DNA from: an uncultured Candidatus Binatia bacterium
GTDB lineage: Bacteria; Desulfobacterota; Binatia; UBA9968; JAJDTQ01
Direction of reading: 5' to 3'
Length of the DNA: 64,000 nt
NCBI GenBank assembly: GCA_965213675.1
Contig: OZ243916.1
Location: 224,001 to 288,000 of the forward strand
The notes under the pieces were generated by a model, which searched no databases, was not told where the DNA came from, and saw only the letters and a list, made by a program, of their open reading frames with translations. The translations under genes were made by a program, and so were the position numbers. Shown piece by piece: positions 1-9,708 of the stretch. Position 1 is the stretch's first letter, and each line of letters begins with the position of its first letter.

Positions 1-50
1 CGGGTATCACGCCTGTTCCGGAATCTGCTTGCCGGCAAGGGACGACGTTC

Positions 51-2951
51 ATGGACTACAAAGAGACCCTCAACCTCCCCAGGACCGCGTTTCCCATGCG
101 CGGCAATCTGCCCCAGAAAGAGCCCGCGCGGGTGGAACAGTGGGAGCGTGAAGGCATCCACGAGCGGATGGTGGAGGCCAATCGCGGCGGTCCCGGGTTC
201 ATTCTTCACGACGGTCCGCCCTATGCCAACGAGCGCATTCACATCGGCCACGCCCTCAACAAGGTCCTGAAGGACATCATCGTCAAGTACAAGAGCATGC
301 GCGGCTTCTGCGCGCCCTACATCCCCGGATGGGACTGCCACGGGCTTCCCATCGAGCTGCAGGTGGAGAAGCGCCTGGGGCGCGCGAAGAAGAACGCCCT
401 CAGCAAGGTGGAGGTGCGCCGGTTGTGCCGGGAACACGCGGAGAAGTTCATCGGCGTGCAGCGCGAGGAGTTCAAGCGCCTGGGCGTGCTGGGCCGCTGG
501 GCCGAGCCCTACCGCACCATCGACTACGCCTACGAGGCCACCGAGGTACGCGAGCTGGGCAAATTCATGGCCAGCGGCGCCATGTACCGGAGCAAGAAGC
601 CGGTCTATTGGTGCGCGTCCTGCACCACGGCCCTGGCCGAAGCCGAGGTCGAGTACCATGACCAGGTGACACCGTCGGTGTACGTGAAGTTTCCGGTCAA
701 GGACACCCGCGGCAGGCTTCCGGATGAGGACGCTTGCGCCTTCGTGATCTGGACTACCACGCCCTGGACGCTGCCGGCCAACCAGGCCATTGCCCTGCAC
801 CCTGAGATGCGCTACCGGCGCGTGCGCACGCCCGCGGGCGTGCTGGTGGTGGCAGAGGAGTTGTTGCCCGCGCTGATGGAGGTCTTCGGCTACGGGGCCG
901 GCGAGTTCGAGGCTCTGGAGGGTTCGTGGTCCGGGGTCGAGCTGGAGGGCATCGTCTGCGCGCACGCGTGGCTGGAGCGGGACGTCGCGGTCATCCTGGG
1001 CGACTTCGTCACCGCGGATCAGGGCACCGGCTGCGTCCACGTGGCGCCGGGACACGGACACGAGGACTTCGAGGCGGGTCAGCGCTACGGCCTCGACGCC
1101 TACGCCCCGGTGGACGGCCATGGCCGCTTCACCGCGGACGCGGCGGAGTTCGCCGGCCAGATGGTCTTCGACGCCAACCCCGCCATCATCGCCCGGCTGG
1201 GCGAGGCCGGGAAGCTGCTCAAGGCCCAGGACTTCAGTCACAGCTACCCTCATTGCTGGCGCTGCAAGCAGCCGGTGCTGTTCCGCGCCACCGAGCAGTG
1301 GTTCATTTCCATGGCGCACACGGGCCTGCGGCAGGGCTCCCTGGACGCCATTGGGCAGGTGCGGTGGATTCCGCCTTGGGGGCAGGACCGCATCACGGGC
1401 ATGATGGCCAACCGCCCCGACTGGTGCATCTCGCGCCAGCGTTCCTGGGGCGTCCCCATTCCCGTGCTCTACTGCGCGGAGTGCGGCGAGATGCACCTGA
1501 GCGAGGCGCTGTGCGAGCACGTGGCGCGGTTGTTTGAGGAAGAAGGGTCCGACGCGTGGTTCGCGCGTCCTCCGGAAGAGCTGACCCCGCCGGGCTTCGT
1601 CTGCCAGGCGTGCAGCGCCACGCGCTTCTCCAAGGAGGAAGACATCCTGGACGTGTGGTTCGACTCCGGCGTGAGCCATGCCGCGGTGGTGGAGCGCCAT
1701 CCCGAGCTGGGCGGCCGGGCGGACCTCTACCTGGAGGGCAGCGACCAGCACCGCGGCTGGTTCCACACCTCGCTGCTGACGTCGGTGGCGAACCGCGGCC
1801 GGGCGCCCTACGAGGGCGTGCTCACCCACGGGTTCGTGCTCGACGGCAAGGGCCACAAGATGTCCAAGTCCATGGGCAACGTCACCGCGCCGCAGGAGAT
1901 CATCAAGAAATTCGGCGCCGACATCATCCGGCTGTGGGTGGCGGCCGAGGACTACCGGGACGACGTTCGCATCTCGGACGAGATTCTGAAGCGTCTCGTC
2001 GAGGCGTACCGGCGCTTGCGCAACACCGCCCGGTTCCTCATCGGCAACCTTCACGATTTCGATGCCGCCCGCGACAGCGTGAGCGCCAGCGCCCTGGAGC
2101 CCCTGGACCGCTGGATTCTCGACCGCAATCAGCGCTTGCTCGGGCGCTGCCTGGATGCCTTCGAGCGCTACGAGTTCCATCTCCTCTACCACGCGCTCAA
2201 CAACTACTGCAGCGTGGACCTGAGCGCGCTCTATCTGGATATGGTCAAGGACCGGCTCTACTGCGAGGGTCGCGGCTCCACCGCCCGCCGCTCGGCCCAG
2301 ACCGCGCTCCACGGCATTCTTCAGACCTTGGTGCACCTGATGGCGCCGGTGTTGTCGTTCACCGCCGAGGAGATCTGGGAGCATGCGCCGCGCACGGCGG
2401 CGAGCCCCGAGAGCGTGCTGCTTTCGCCCATGCCGGAACCCGACGCGGGGTTGCTGGACTCCGCGCTGGCCGCGGAGTGGGACCTGCGGCTGGAACTGCG
2501 CGGCGAGGTGCTGAAGGCGCTGGAGACGGCGCGTCAGTGCGGCGTCATCGGCCATTCCCTGGACGCGCAAGTGGCCCTCTACCCGGACGCCTACGAGAAG
2601 GCGCCGGGCATTCAGGAGTTGCTCCGCGGCAGTGCGCCGATGCCGTGGGAGGACGTCTTCATCGTTTCGCAGGTGTCTCTGCCGCCGGGCGGGGCGCCCG
2701 CGGGCCTGGTCTACCCGGATCCCAAGGCCGAGCCCGCAGGCAACGGTGACGCGGCCGCGAGTGGGGGCACGGGCTTCGAGAGTACGCTGTTGGGCGGCGT
2801 CATCGCCGTGTACCCGGCGGACGGGACCAAGTGCGAACGCTGCTGGAAATATCACGCGGGCGTGGGCACGGACGCGGCCCATCCGGGAGTGTGTCCGCGC
2901 TGCGCGGAGGTGTTGCGATCTTTACCGCGGGCCGAAAACGCGCACGTGTAA
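51..2951 (+). CDS. ileS: isoleucine--tRNA ligase
   Basis: HDGPPYAN..HIGH, GWDCHGLP and KMSKS motifs; C-terminal zinc finger CERCW..CPRC. Confidence 0.97.
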   Translation: MDYKETLNLPRTAFPMRGNLPQKEPARVEQWEREGIHERMVEANRGGPGFILHDGPPYANERIHIGHALNKVLKDIIVKYKSMRGFCAPYIPGWDCHGLPIELQVEKRLGRAKKNALSKVEVRRLCREHAEKFIGVQREEFKRLGVLGRWAEPYRTIDYAYEATEVRELGKFMASGAMYRSKKPVYWCASCTTALAEAEVEYHDQVTPSVYVKFPVKDTRGRLPDEDACAFVIWTTTPWTLPANQAIALHPEMRYRRVRTPAGVLVVAEELLPALMEVFGYGAGEFEALEGSWSGVELEGIVCAHAWLERDVAVILGDFVTADQGTGCVHVAPGHGHEDFEAGQRYGLDAYAPVDGHGRFTADAAEFAGQMVFDANPAIIARLGEAGKLLKAQDFSHSYPHCWRCKQPVLFRATEQWFISMAHTGLRQGSLDAIGQVRWIPPWGQDRITGMMANRPDWCISRQRSWGVPIPVLYCAECGEMHLSEALCEHVARLFEEEGSDAWFARPPEELTPPGFVCQACSATRFSKEEDILDVWFDSGVSHAAVVERHPELGGRADLYLEGSDQHRGWFHTSLLTSVANRGRAPYEGVLTHGFVLDGKGHKMSKSMGNVTAPQEIIKKFGADIIRLWVAAEDYRDDVRISDEILKRLVEAYRRLRNTARFLIGNLHDFDAARDSVSASALEPLDRWILDRNQRLLGRCLDAFERYEFHLLYHALNNYCSVDLSALYLDMVKDRLYCEGRGSTARRSAQTALHGILQTLVHLMAPVLSFTAEEIWEHAPRTAASPESVLLSPMPEPDAGLLDSALAAEWDLRLELRGEVLKALETARQCGVIGHSLDAQVALYPDAYEKAPGIQELLRGSAPMPWEDVFIVSQVSLPPGGAPAGLVYPDPKAEPAGNGDAAASGGTGFESTLLGGVIAVYPADGTKCERCWKYHAGVGTDAAHPGVCPRCAEVLRSLPRAENAHV

Positions 2952-3433
2952 TCCTGCTGCTGGCCGCCATCCTGGTGCTCGATCAGGGCGCCAAGCTGAT
3001 CGTGGACCGCACGATTCCGCTGCACCGCTCCATTCCGGTCATCGAGGGCTTGTTCGACCTCACCCATGCCCGCAACACCGGGGCCGCGTTCGGGTTGCTG
3101 GCGGGTGAGCGCCGGGCCTTGGCCTCCTTCATCCTGATCGCGTTCTCGCTGGCGGCCGTGGGCTTCATCATCCACCTGCTGCGCCGGCTCGCGGAAACGG
3201 ACACCGGACTTATCCTTTCGCTGACGTTCATTCTGGCGGGCGCGCTGGGCAACCTCATCGATCGCGTCGTTCACGGCGAGGTGATCGATTTTCTGGACGT
3301 GTACTGGAAGGGCTACCATTGGCCCGCGTTCAACGTGGCGGACAGCTTCATCACGGTGGGCGCGGCGCTGTGCCTGTGGTGCCTCATGCGGATCAAGGGC
3401 CGGGACCCGTTCGCGCCGCCCAGCGGCCGCTGA
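2891..3433 (+). CDS. lspA: signal peptidase II (lipoprotein signal peptidase); start uncertain, overlaps the ileS 3' end
   Basis: NTGAAFG, GALGNLIDR, VIDF and WPAFNVADS motifs; follows ileS. Confidence 0.93.
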   Translation: MSALRGGVAIFTAGRKRARVILLLAAILVLDQGAKLIVDRTIPLHRSIPVIEGLFDLTHARNTGAAFGLLAGERRALASFILIAFSLAAVGFIIHLLRRLAETDTGLILSLTFILAGALGNLIDRVVHGEVIDFLDVYWKGYHWPAFNVADSFITVGAALCLWCLMRIKGRDPFAPPSGR

Positions 3434-3493
3434 CACGGAGACGGCCGCCTGGCCGGGCGAGGGTTGCACGAGTTCCCGAAGAGGCGGAAAGTT

Positions 3494-3592
3494 GCCCTTC
3501 GACCCGGGAGCCTGTCGAAAGAGGATGACAGCGGATTCGTAGTTGTGAATCCCTGCGGCGCAAGCTCCTGGAGCGAAGCGGAGTCGAAGGGC
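3494..3592 (+). repeat. decayed F2 repeat end lying between GCCCTTCGAC/GTCGAAGGGC inverted repeats
   Basis: GGATGACAGCGGATTCGTAGTTGTGAATCCCTGCGGCGCAAGCTCCTGG aligns by eye to the 3' half of the F2 copy at 52072-52143. Confidence 0.65.
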
Positions 3593-3652
3593 GCAGTGCA
3601 GGACGGCGTCTGGGAAGTCCGTGGGGACCGTGGGGAATACGCGGGTTGGTTC

Positions 3653-4414
3653 ATGGAAGAGCGCGTCACGTTCACGAATGGCAGGGGAGAGCGGCTGGCG
3701 GGCGTACTCCATCTGCCGCCCGGGGCGTCGGCGGTCGGGGTGATCCTGTGCCACGGCATGGAGTCGAGCAAGGAGAGCCTCAAGCTGACGCACCTCGGCG
3801 CGACTCTGAGCCGCGCGGGCTTCACTGTGCTGCGCTTCGATTTCACCGGCTCCGGGGAGTCCACCGGGGAGTTCGCCGCCATCACCTGCACCCGGCATGT
3901 GGACGATCTCGCCGCCGCCCATGGCTTGTTGCAGGACCTTGGCGCGGGGCGGGTCGCCATCGTCGGCTCCAGCATGGGCGGCACCACCGCGCTGATGTAC
4001 GCCGGGGCCGCGGAAGGCGTGGCGGCGCTCGTGACTCTGGCCGCGCCGTACGATCCACGGGAACTCATCGAGCGGGACTTCCCGCCCCGGGCCATGTCGC
4101 GCTGGCGCGCCCAGGGATTCATCGAGTTCGACGGCCGCCGGCTCCATGCGAGCTTTCTGGAAGAGGCGCTGACCATCGACGTGGCCGCCGCCGTGGCGCG
4201 AATCCGCTGCCCCACCCTGGTGATCCACGGCGATGCCGATGCCACCGTGCCGGTGGCGCAGGGACAGGCGCTCCATGGCGCGCTGCGCATGGACAAGGAG
4301 CTTTGCATCCTTCCCGGCGCCGACCACCGGTTCACCGATCCCCAAGGGCGCGGTGAAGCCCTGCGCCGGACCGAGGCGTGGATCATGCGCCACTTGGGGA
4401 GCCCCACGACGTGA
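3653..4414 (+). CDS. alpha/beta fold hydrolase
   Basis: CHG oxyanion motif, GSSMGG nucleophile elbow, HGDADATVP, GADH. Confidence 0.85.
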   Translation: MEERVTFTNGRGERLAGVLHLPPGASAVGVILCHGMESSKESLKLTHLGATLSRAGFTVLRFDFTGSGESTGEFAAITCTRHVDDLAAAHGLLQDLGAGRVAIVGSSMGGTTALMYAGAAEGVAALVTLAAPYDPRELIERDFPPRAMSRWRAQGFIEFDGRRLHASFLEEALTIDVAAAVARIRCPTLVIHGDADATVPVAQGQALHGALRMDKELCILPGADHRFTDPQGRGEALRRTEAWIMRHLGSPTT

Positions 4415-4809
4415 CCCGGCGCAGCGTTTTGTGCGCGGCGCCGTTGCTGGCGCTCGCGGGTTGCCAGGGGGAGGGCGACAAGACGCCGCAGGGCGCCGCC
4501 GAGGCGTTCATGGACCGGCACTATGTCGAAATCGATCTCGCCAGGGCCAGGGAATTTACGGTCGGTCTCGCCCGGAGCAAGGTCGACGAAGCGCTCAGGC
4601 TCACGTCGGGACAGGCCGTCGACGCGGGCACGCGCAAGCCGCGGGTCTACTACAAGCTGCTAGAACGGCGGGAGTCCGGCGGACGCACGGCTTTCGTCTA
4701 CGAGTTGCGCATCCGGCCCGAGGGAGCCGGCGAATTCACCCGCCGGCTCATGATACGTGTGCGCCGGGAAGAAGCGGGTTGGCGCGTGTCGAACTACATG
4801 GAATACTGA
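4411..4809 (+). CDS. hypothetical lipoprotein
   Basis: GTG start overlapping the upstream stop; signal peptide with LAGC lipobox. Confidence 0.65.
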   Translation: MTRRSVLCAAPLLALAGCQGEGDKTPQGAAEAFMDRHYVEIDLARAREFTVGLARSKVDEALRLTSGQAVDAGTRKPRVYYKLLERRESGGRTAFVYELRIRPEGAGEFTRRLMIRVRREEAGWRVSNYMEY

Positions 4810-4929
4810 CCGTTATCGCCGCCCTCGGTCATCTCCGTGAATGCGTGCCCGCGACCCTCTTCAGGGGCGGGAATCCGGCAGCGGGAGGGGCTGATGGGAC
4901 ATGCGATGACGCTTCGGGAACCGCAGGTT

Positions 4930-4977
4930 TGCAACACCCTGAGTGTGCAACACCCTGAGTGTGCAACACCCTGAATG
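4930..4977. repeat. 3 x 16-bp tandem repeat TGCAACACCCTGAGTG
   Basis: Directly visible; third copy has one mismatch. Confidence 0.9.
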
Positions 4978-5045
4978 ACCGAACCGAGTCGTTGACTTCG
5001 TGTCCATGACGTGGATGCGAAACGAACCGGAACCGTGGTTGAACG

Positions 5046-6302
5046 ATGACTTTGAGCGAAAACGGACCCCTGACTCCCTATCGTATCCTGGACCTGACCG
5101 ACGAGCTTGGTTTCCTGTGCGGCAAGACGCTGGGCGATCTCGGCGCGGACGTGATCAAGGTGGAGCGTCCGGGGGGCGACGCGGCCCGGCGCATCGGGCC
5201 GTATCTCGACGGCGAGCCCGACCCGGAGAAGAGCCTCTACTGGTTCGCCTTCAACAACAGCAAGCGCGGCATCACGCTGAACCTCGATGCCGGCGAGGGG
5301 CGGGCGCTGTTCAGGCGTCTCGTGGAGAAGGCGGACTTCGTGCTGGAGACGTTCCGGCCGGGCTACCTGGAAGACATCGGCCTCGCCCATGACACCCTGC
5401 GCGCCGTCAACCCCAAGCTTGTGCAGGTCTCCATCACCCCCTTCGGCCAGACCGGCCCTTACAGCCGCTACCACGCCACCGACATCGAGATCATGGCCAT
5501 GAGCGGCTGCATGTCGCTCACCGGCGATCCGGGCAAGCCGCCACTGCGGGTGACTTTCCCCCAGTCCTACCAGTGGACCGGCTCCTACGCCGCCATGGCC
5601 GCGCTGGTGGCCCATACCCAGCGACGGCGCATCGGCAGGGGCGAGCACGTGGACGTGTCCGCCCAGGCATGCATGCTCTGGGGCTTTTCCCACGCACATA
5701 CCTTCTGGGACCTCAACCGCTCGGTGGAAAAGCGCGCCGGCTCGTTCATGACCGGCCGCACCATTACCGGCGCCAAGATGCGGGTCTTCTGGCCGTGCAA
5801 GGACGGCTACCTGAACTTCATCATTTACGGTGGCGAGGCCGGCCGCAAGACCAACCAGGCGCTGGTGGAGTGGATGGCCGAGAAAGGGCAGGCGCCCGCG
5901 TTCCTGCTGGAACGGGACTGGCACACCTTCAACATCGAACGCGTGACCCAGGAAGAGATCGACGTCATGGAAGAACCCATTGCGGCGTTCTTCACCGGTG
6001 TCACCAAGCGGGAGTTCTTCGAGGCCGTCACCAGCCGCGGCATGCTGGGCTATCCCGTGTCCACCGCCGAGGAACTGTTGGAAGACCCGCAACTCGCGGC
6101 TCGGGAGTTCTGGCAGGAGGTGGAACATCCCGAGTTGAACCGTTCCATCACCTATCCGGGAGGGTTCGCCCGCTTCTCGGAATTTCCCTGCCGCATCCGC
6201 CGCCGGGCGCCCCTCATCGGCGAGCACAACGGCGAGGTCTACCGCGAGCTGGGCTTGGACGGCGCAGAGATCGCCCGGCTCGAAGGCTTGGGCGTGATCT
6301 AG
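5046..6302 (+). CDS. class III (CaiB/BaiF) CoA-transferase subunit
   Basis: RILDLT, LGDLGADVIKVERPGGD, NNSKRGITLNL, APLIGEHN. Confidence 0.9.
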   Translation: MTLSENGPLTPYRILDLTDELGFLCGKTLGDLGADVIKVERPGGDAARRIGPYLDGEPDPEKSLYWFAFNNSKRGITLNLDAGEGRALFRRLVEKADFVLETFRPGYLEDIGLAHDTLRAVNPKLVQVSITPFGQTGPYSRYHATDIEIMAMSGCMSLTGDPGKPPLRVTFPQSYQWTGSYAAMAALVAHTQRRRIGRGEHVDVSAQACMLWGFSHAHTFWDLNRSVEKRAGSFMTGRTITGAKMRVFWPCKDGYLNFIIYGGEAGRKTNQALVEWMAEKGQAPAFLLERDWHTFNIERVTQEEIDVMEEPIAAFFTGVTKREFFEAVTSRGMLGYPVSTAEELLEDPQLAAREFWQEVEHPELNRSITYPGGFARFSEFPCRIRRRAPLIGEHNGEVYRELGLDGAEIARLEGLGVI

Positions 6303-6463
6303 TGTGGTGTCTGGTTAATTCGGGTCATAATGTGCGGAGGATTTTTAGTTGTCGGCAAGGCGCGATGACGAGCAGTGGCGGGTACCACGGGAGGAAGAGC
6401 AACGCAGCCGACGGCGAAAAAGACCCGCAGATTATGACCCGAATTAACCAGACACCACACTAG
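6299..6463 (+). mobile_element. F1 MITE-like element, copy 1 (165 bp)
   Basis: 39-bp terminal inverted repeat CTAGTGTGGTGTCTGGTTAATTCGGGTCATAAT(G/C)TGCGG with one mismatch; CTAG at both ends. Confidence 0.9.
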
Positions 6464-6570
6464 CAGCCTGCGCCGCGAAGCCGGGGGGCGCCATTCTGGC
6501 GGTGACGAATTGGCGCAGGCAATCGATCAGAGGTTCCCCGGCTCGATGAATTCATGGGAATGAGAGCGAC

Positions 6571-7785
6571 ATGAAAGCACTGGAAGGTCTCAAGGTTGTG
6601 GAGTTCGCCGCGTTCGCGGCCGGGCCGGTGGTGGGCAAGCACCTGGTGGACCAGGGCGCCACGGTGGTGCACATCGAGTCGCACACCCGTCCGGACGGGT
6701 TCCGCACGCATTATCCGCCCTACAAGGACAACATCCATGGGCTCAACCGCTCGGGCCTGTTCGCGCTGTGCAACAGCGAGAAACTGGGCATCACCCTCAA
6801 TCTCAAGAAGGGACCCGAGGCCACCGCGCTGGCCAAGCGAATCGCGGGTTGGGCGGACATTGTGGTGGAGAACTTCAGCCCCGGCACCATGGGGCGGCTG
6901 GGCTTGGGGTACGACGCGCTGAAGGAAGTCAACCCGCGGCTCATCATGCTGAGCAGTTCGAACCTGGGCCAGAGCGGCCCCCACGCGCACCATCCCGGTT
7001 TCGGCTCCCAGCTTTCGTCCCTGGCCGGCTTCACCAATCTTACCGGCTACCGGGACGGCTCCCCCCAGATCCTTTACGGCCCCTACATCGACTACATCGC
7101 CGTGGGCTACGGCGTGGTGGCCGTGCTGGCGGCCCTGGAGTACCGCGACGCCACCGGCCGCGGCCAGCACATCGACCTGGCGCAGTACGAGACCGGCCTC
7201 CAGTACATCGGGCCGCTGCTGCTGGACTACACCGTCAACGGCCGTATCGCCGTGCGCGACGGCAACCGGCACCCGGAGGCTTCACCCCACGGCGCCTTCC
7301 CGTGCGCGGGAGAAGACCAATGGTGCGTGCTCAGCGTGGCGTCCGATGCGCAGTGGCGCGCCCTGTGCCAGGCCATGGACCGCCCCGACTGGGGCGGGCG
7401 CGACGAGTACGCCACGGCCGCGCGCCGGCGCGCCCGCGCCGACGAGCTGGAAGCGCGCATCGGGGAGTGGACGCGGCAGTTCAAGGCGCGGGAACTGGTG
7501 GAGACGCTCCAGGCCGCGGGCGTCCCCGCGGGCATGGTCCACGGAATGGAGCAGATCTACGACGACCCCCAACTCGTGCACCGCGATCAGTGGAACCGCA
7601 TGGAACACGCCGAGATCGGCGCTATGTCCTACCAGCGCGCCCCCTTCACCCTGTCCGAAAGCGCCGGCGGCCCCGACCACCCGGACCCGCTCCTGGGCGA
7701 GCACAACGCCTACTTCTACCGCGACCTGCTGGGCCTTTCGGAGGCGGAATTCGAGGCGCTCACCCAAGCGGGGATCATTGACTAG
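6571..7785 (+). CDS. class III (CaiB/BaiF) CoA-transferase subunit
   Basis: ALEGLKVVEF, ADIVVENFSPGTMGRLGLGY, PYIDY, PLLGEHN. Confidence 0.9.
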   Translation: MKALEGLKVVEFAAFAAGPVVGKHLVDQGATVVHIESHTRPDGFRTHYPPYKDNIHGLNRSGLFALCNSEKLGITLNLKKGPEATALAKRIAGWADIVVENFSPGTMGRLGLGYDALKEVNPRLIMLSSSNLGQSGPHAHHPGFGSQLSSLAGFTNLTGYRDGSPQILYGPYIDYIAVGYGVVAVLAALEYRDATGRGQHIDLAQYETGLQYIGPLLLDYTVNGRIAVRDGNRHPEASPHGAFPCAGEDQWCVLSVASDAQWRALCQAMDRPDWGGRDEYATAARRRARADELEARIGEWTRQFKARELVETLQAAGVPAGMVHGMEQIYDDPQLVHRDQWNRMEHAEIGAMSYQRAPFTLSESAGGPDHPDPLLGEHNAYFYRDLLGLSEAEFEALTQAGIID

Positions 7786-7918
7786 CGAGGTTACGCTTCG
7801 GACCGACGAGTCCTGGAATCGTGATTTTGGAGTCAAGCTCCGATGAATCAAGGGTTCTGTTGTCCTGTTCGGTGATTCGCGCGGCGGCGGGAATCTTGAA
7901 GGAGCGGAAGGGGAGCCC

Positions 7919-8386
7919 GTGCTGGTGTTGAGCGAGGCGGTCTTCACAAGCCTGGCGACCCATGCCCGGGAGACGTACCCGGAGGAGTGCTGCGGCGTGG
8001 TTCTGGGCGGCGCGTCCGGCGACGAGGCGCACCGGCTGGTCAACATCCAGAACCGGCTTCACGCCGGCGATCCAGACACTTTTCCCAGAGACGCCCGCAC
8101 CGCCTACTCCCTGGATCCCCGCGAACTCGAGGCGATCCTGGAGCAGGGGGAAGGAAAGGGGCTCGTTTTCAAGGCTCTCTACCATTCCCATCCCGACCAC
8201 GACGCCTACTTCTCCGCCGAGGACAAGGCCTGCGCCATGCCCTTTGGCGAGCCCACCTACCCGGACGCGGCGCAGATCGTGATCTCGGTCAAGAACGGCG
8301 CCGTCGGCCGGGTCGCGGTCTTCGAATGGAGTCCCGGCGCCGGGGATTACGTGGAGACCACGATGGCGCGTGTGCCGGACCGTTGA
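7919..8386 (+). CDS. JAB/MPN (M67) metallopeptidase
   Basis: YPEECCG and YHSHPD...SAED JAMM motif. Confidence 0.88.
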   Translation: MLVLSEAVFTSLATHARETYPEECCGVVLGGASGDEAHRLVNIQNRLHAGDPDTFPRDARTAYSLDPRELEAILEQGEGKGLVFKALYHSHPDHDAYFSAEDKACAMPFGEPTYPDAAQIVISVKNGAVGRVAVFEWSPGAGDYVETTMARVPDR

Positions 8387-8467
8387 TCCCGCCGCTGGCT
8401 GCGCGCCGGTTTGAATTGGATAGCCTCTGCTGCTACCGTCACTCTGACAAGCCGGACGAGGACGACG

Positions 8468-8752
8468 GTGCGCAACGACGTAAGACTATTCCTGCGGGCG
8501 GGAGAGCGGGTGAAGCACAACCGCAACCTCCAATGGGGCGTCGGCGTTGTTGAGGAAGTGATGACCTCCAACGTCCCCGGCGGCACCTGCCTTGCCCGCA
8601 TCCGCTTTCAGGACGGCCGCCTCCGTGTCTTCCACAACGATCTCGACAACCAAAGCTGCTGCTACTACTTCGGCATCCGTCGCTATGACGACTCTGGACC
8701 CGACCCCATACGCCGCCAGCTCCTGGCGTACTTCGACGCCGACGACTGCTGA
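8468..8752 (+). CDS. small SH3-like protein (DUF3553-like)
   Basis: GERVKH...WGVGVV pattern; start uncertain. Confidence 0.55.
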   Translation: MRNDVRLFLRAGERVKHNRNLQWGVGVVEEVMTSNVPGGTCLARIRFQDGRLRVFHNDLDNQSCCYYFGIRRYDDSGPDPIRRQLLAYFDADDC

Positions 8753-8876
8753 CGAGTGAGCCGGACCTGCGTCGCGGGGCCATCGACCCGGGTGGCGAAG
8801 CGACAAGGTCGAAGGCGCGCACTCCCGTCAAGACACACCCGTCATGGGGTCAGTCCCCAGGAGCTTGCGCGGCCGG

Positions 8877-9605
8877 TCAGACTGCCAGGTTGGTTCTGAA
8901 GAAATCCGCCGTCCGCCGCCACGCATCGGCTGCGGCGTCGGGGTGCCAGCGGTCGGCGTTGGTGTTGTTGTTGAAGGCGTGCTTGGCGCCGTCCCGGTAG
9001 ATCTTGAGGTCGATGCTCTTGCCGTGTCTGGCCAGCGCCTCTTTCAGAGGTTCGATGCCGGGCATGATGTTGGGATCGTCCTCGGCGTAGTTGCCCATGA
9101 GCGGGCAGGTGATGTTGGCCACCTGGTCCAGCGGATCGGGGTTGCGCCCGTAGTACACGACGGCGCCGTCGAGTTGTGCGTACTTGGTGGCGAAGTTCAG
9201 GGACTGGCCGCCGCCCCAGCAGTAGCCGACGACCCCCACCTTGCCGTTCACGAAGTTCCGGCTCTTGAGATATTCGAGGGCGCTGGCCAGGTCCTCCACG
9301 CAGCCCGCCGGGTCCAGGCTTCGGATGGCGGCGATGGCGTCCTGGGAGGTCTGGTACTGGGCGGTGCCGCCGGTGCGCTGGAGCATGTCGGGAGCCAGCG
9401 CGGCGAAACCTTCCTTGGCGAAGTGCCGCGCCACGTCCTTGATGTGGTCCACGAGGCCCGTGTTCTCGTGGATCACGATGACCGCGCCGAGGTTGGCGCC
9501 GTCCCTGGGGCGCGACAGATAACCCGTGCAGCTTCCGTATGCGACCGTTCCCGATTCGAGTTCGGGGTCATTGTCATCGACGAGACGGGGAATGGTATCG
9601 GCCAT
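8877..9605 (-). CDS. dienelactone hydrolase family protein
   Basis: VIHEN.GL, GYCWGG, HAF motifs. Confidence 0.9.
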   Translation of the reverse strand: MADTIPRLVDDNDPELESGTVAYGSCTGYLSRPRDGANLGAVIVIHENTGLVDHIKDVARHFAKEGFAALAPDMLQRTGGTAQYQTSQDAIAAIRSLDPAGCVEDLASALEYLKSRNFVNGKVGVVGYCWGGGQSLNFATKYAQLDGAVVYYGRNPDPLDQVANITCPLMGNYAEDDPNIMPGIEPLKEALARHGKSIDLKIYRDGAKHAFNNNTNADRWHPDAAADAWRRTADFFRTNLAV

Positions 9606-9708
9606 GTTCGAGCCTCCTGTTTGGTGCGCCTTTATGGCCCTCTGTCACGCGCCGTCCTGAAACGTCGATGCGGTTCCTGCCGCCGCGGCGCGCCGGCAGA
9701 GCGTTGGG

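Noticed and set aside
4930-4977. CRISPR array
   Set aside because: Repeats are 16 bp, directly abutting with no spacers; no cas genes in the window.
6299-6463. F1/F2 elements as simple Rho-independent terminators
   Set aside because: They are about 160 bp, multi-copy, CTAG-flanked, found in both orientations and lack a terminal U-tract.
8857-8870. F2 copy (CCAGGAGCTTGCGC)
   Set aside because: Only about 13 bp match the F2 terminus; too short to call.
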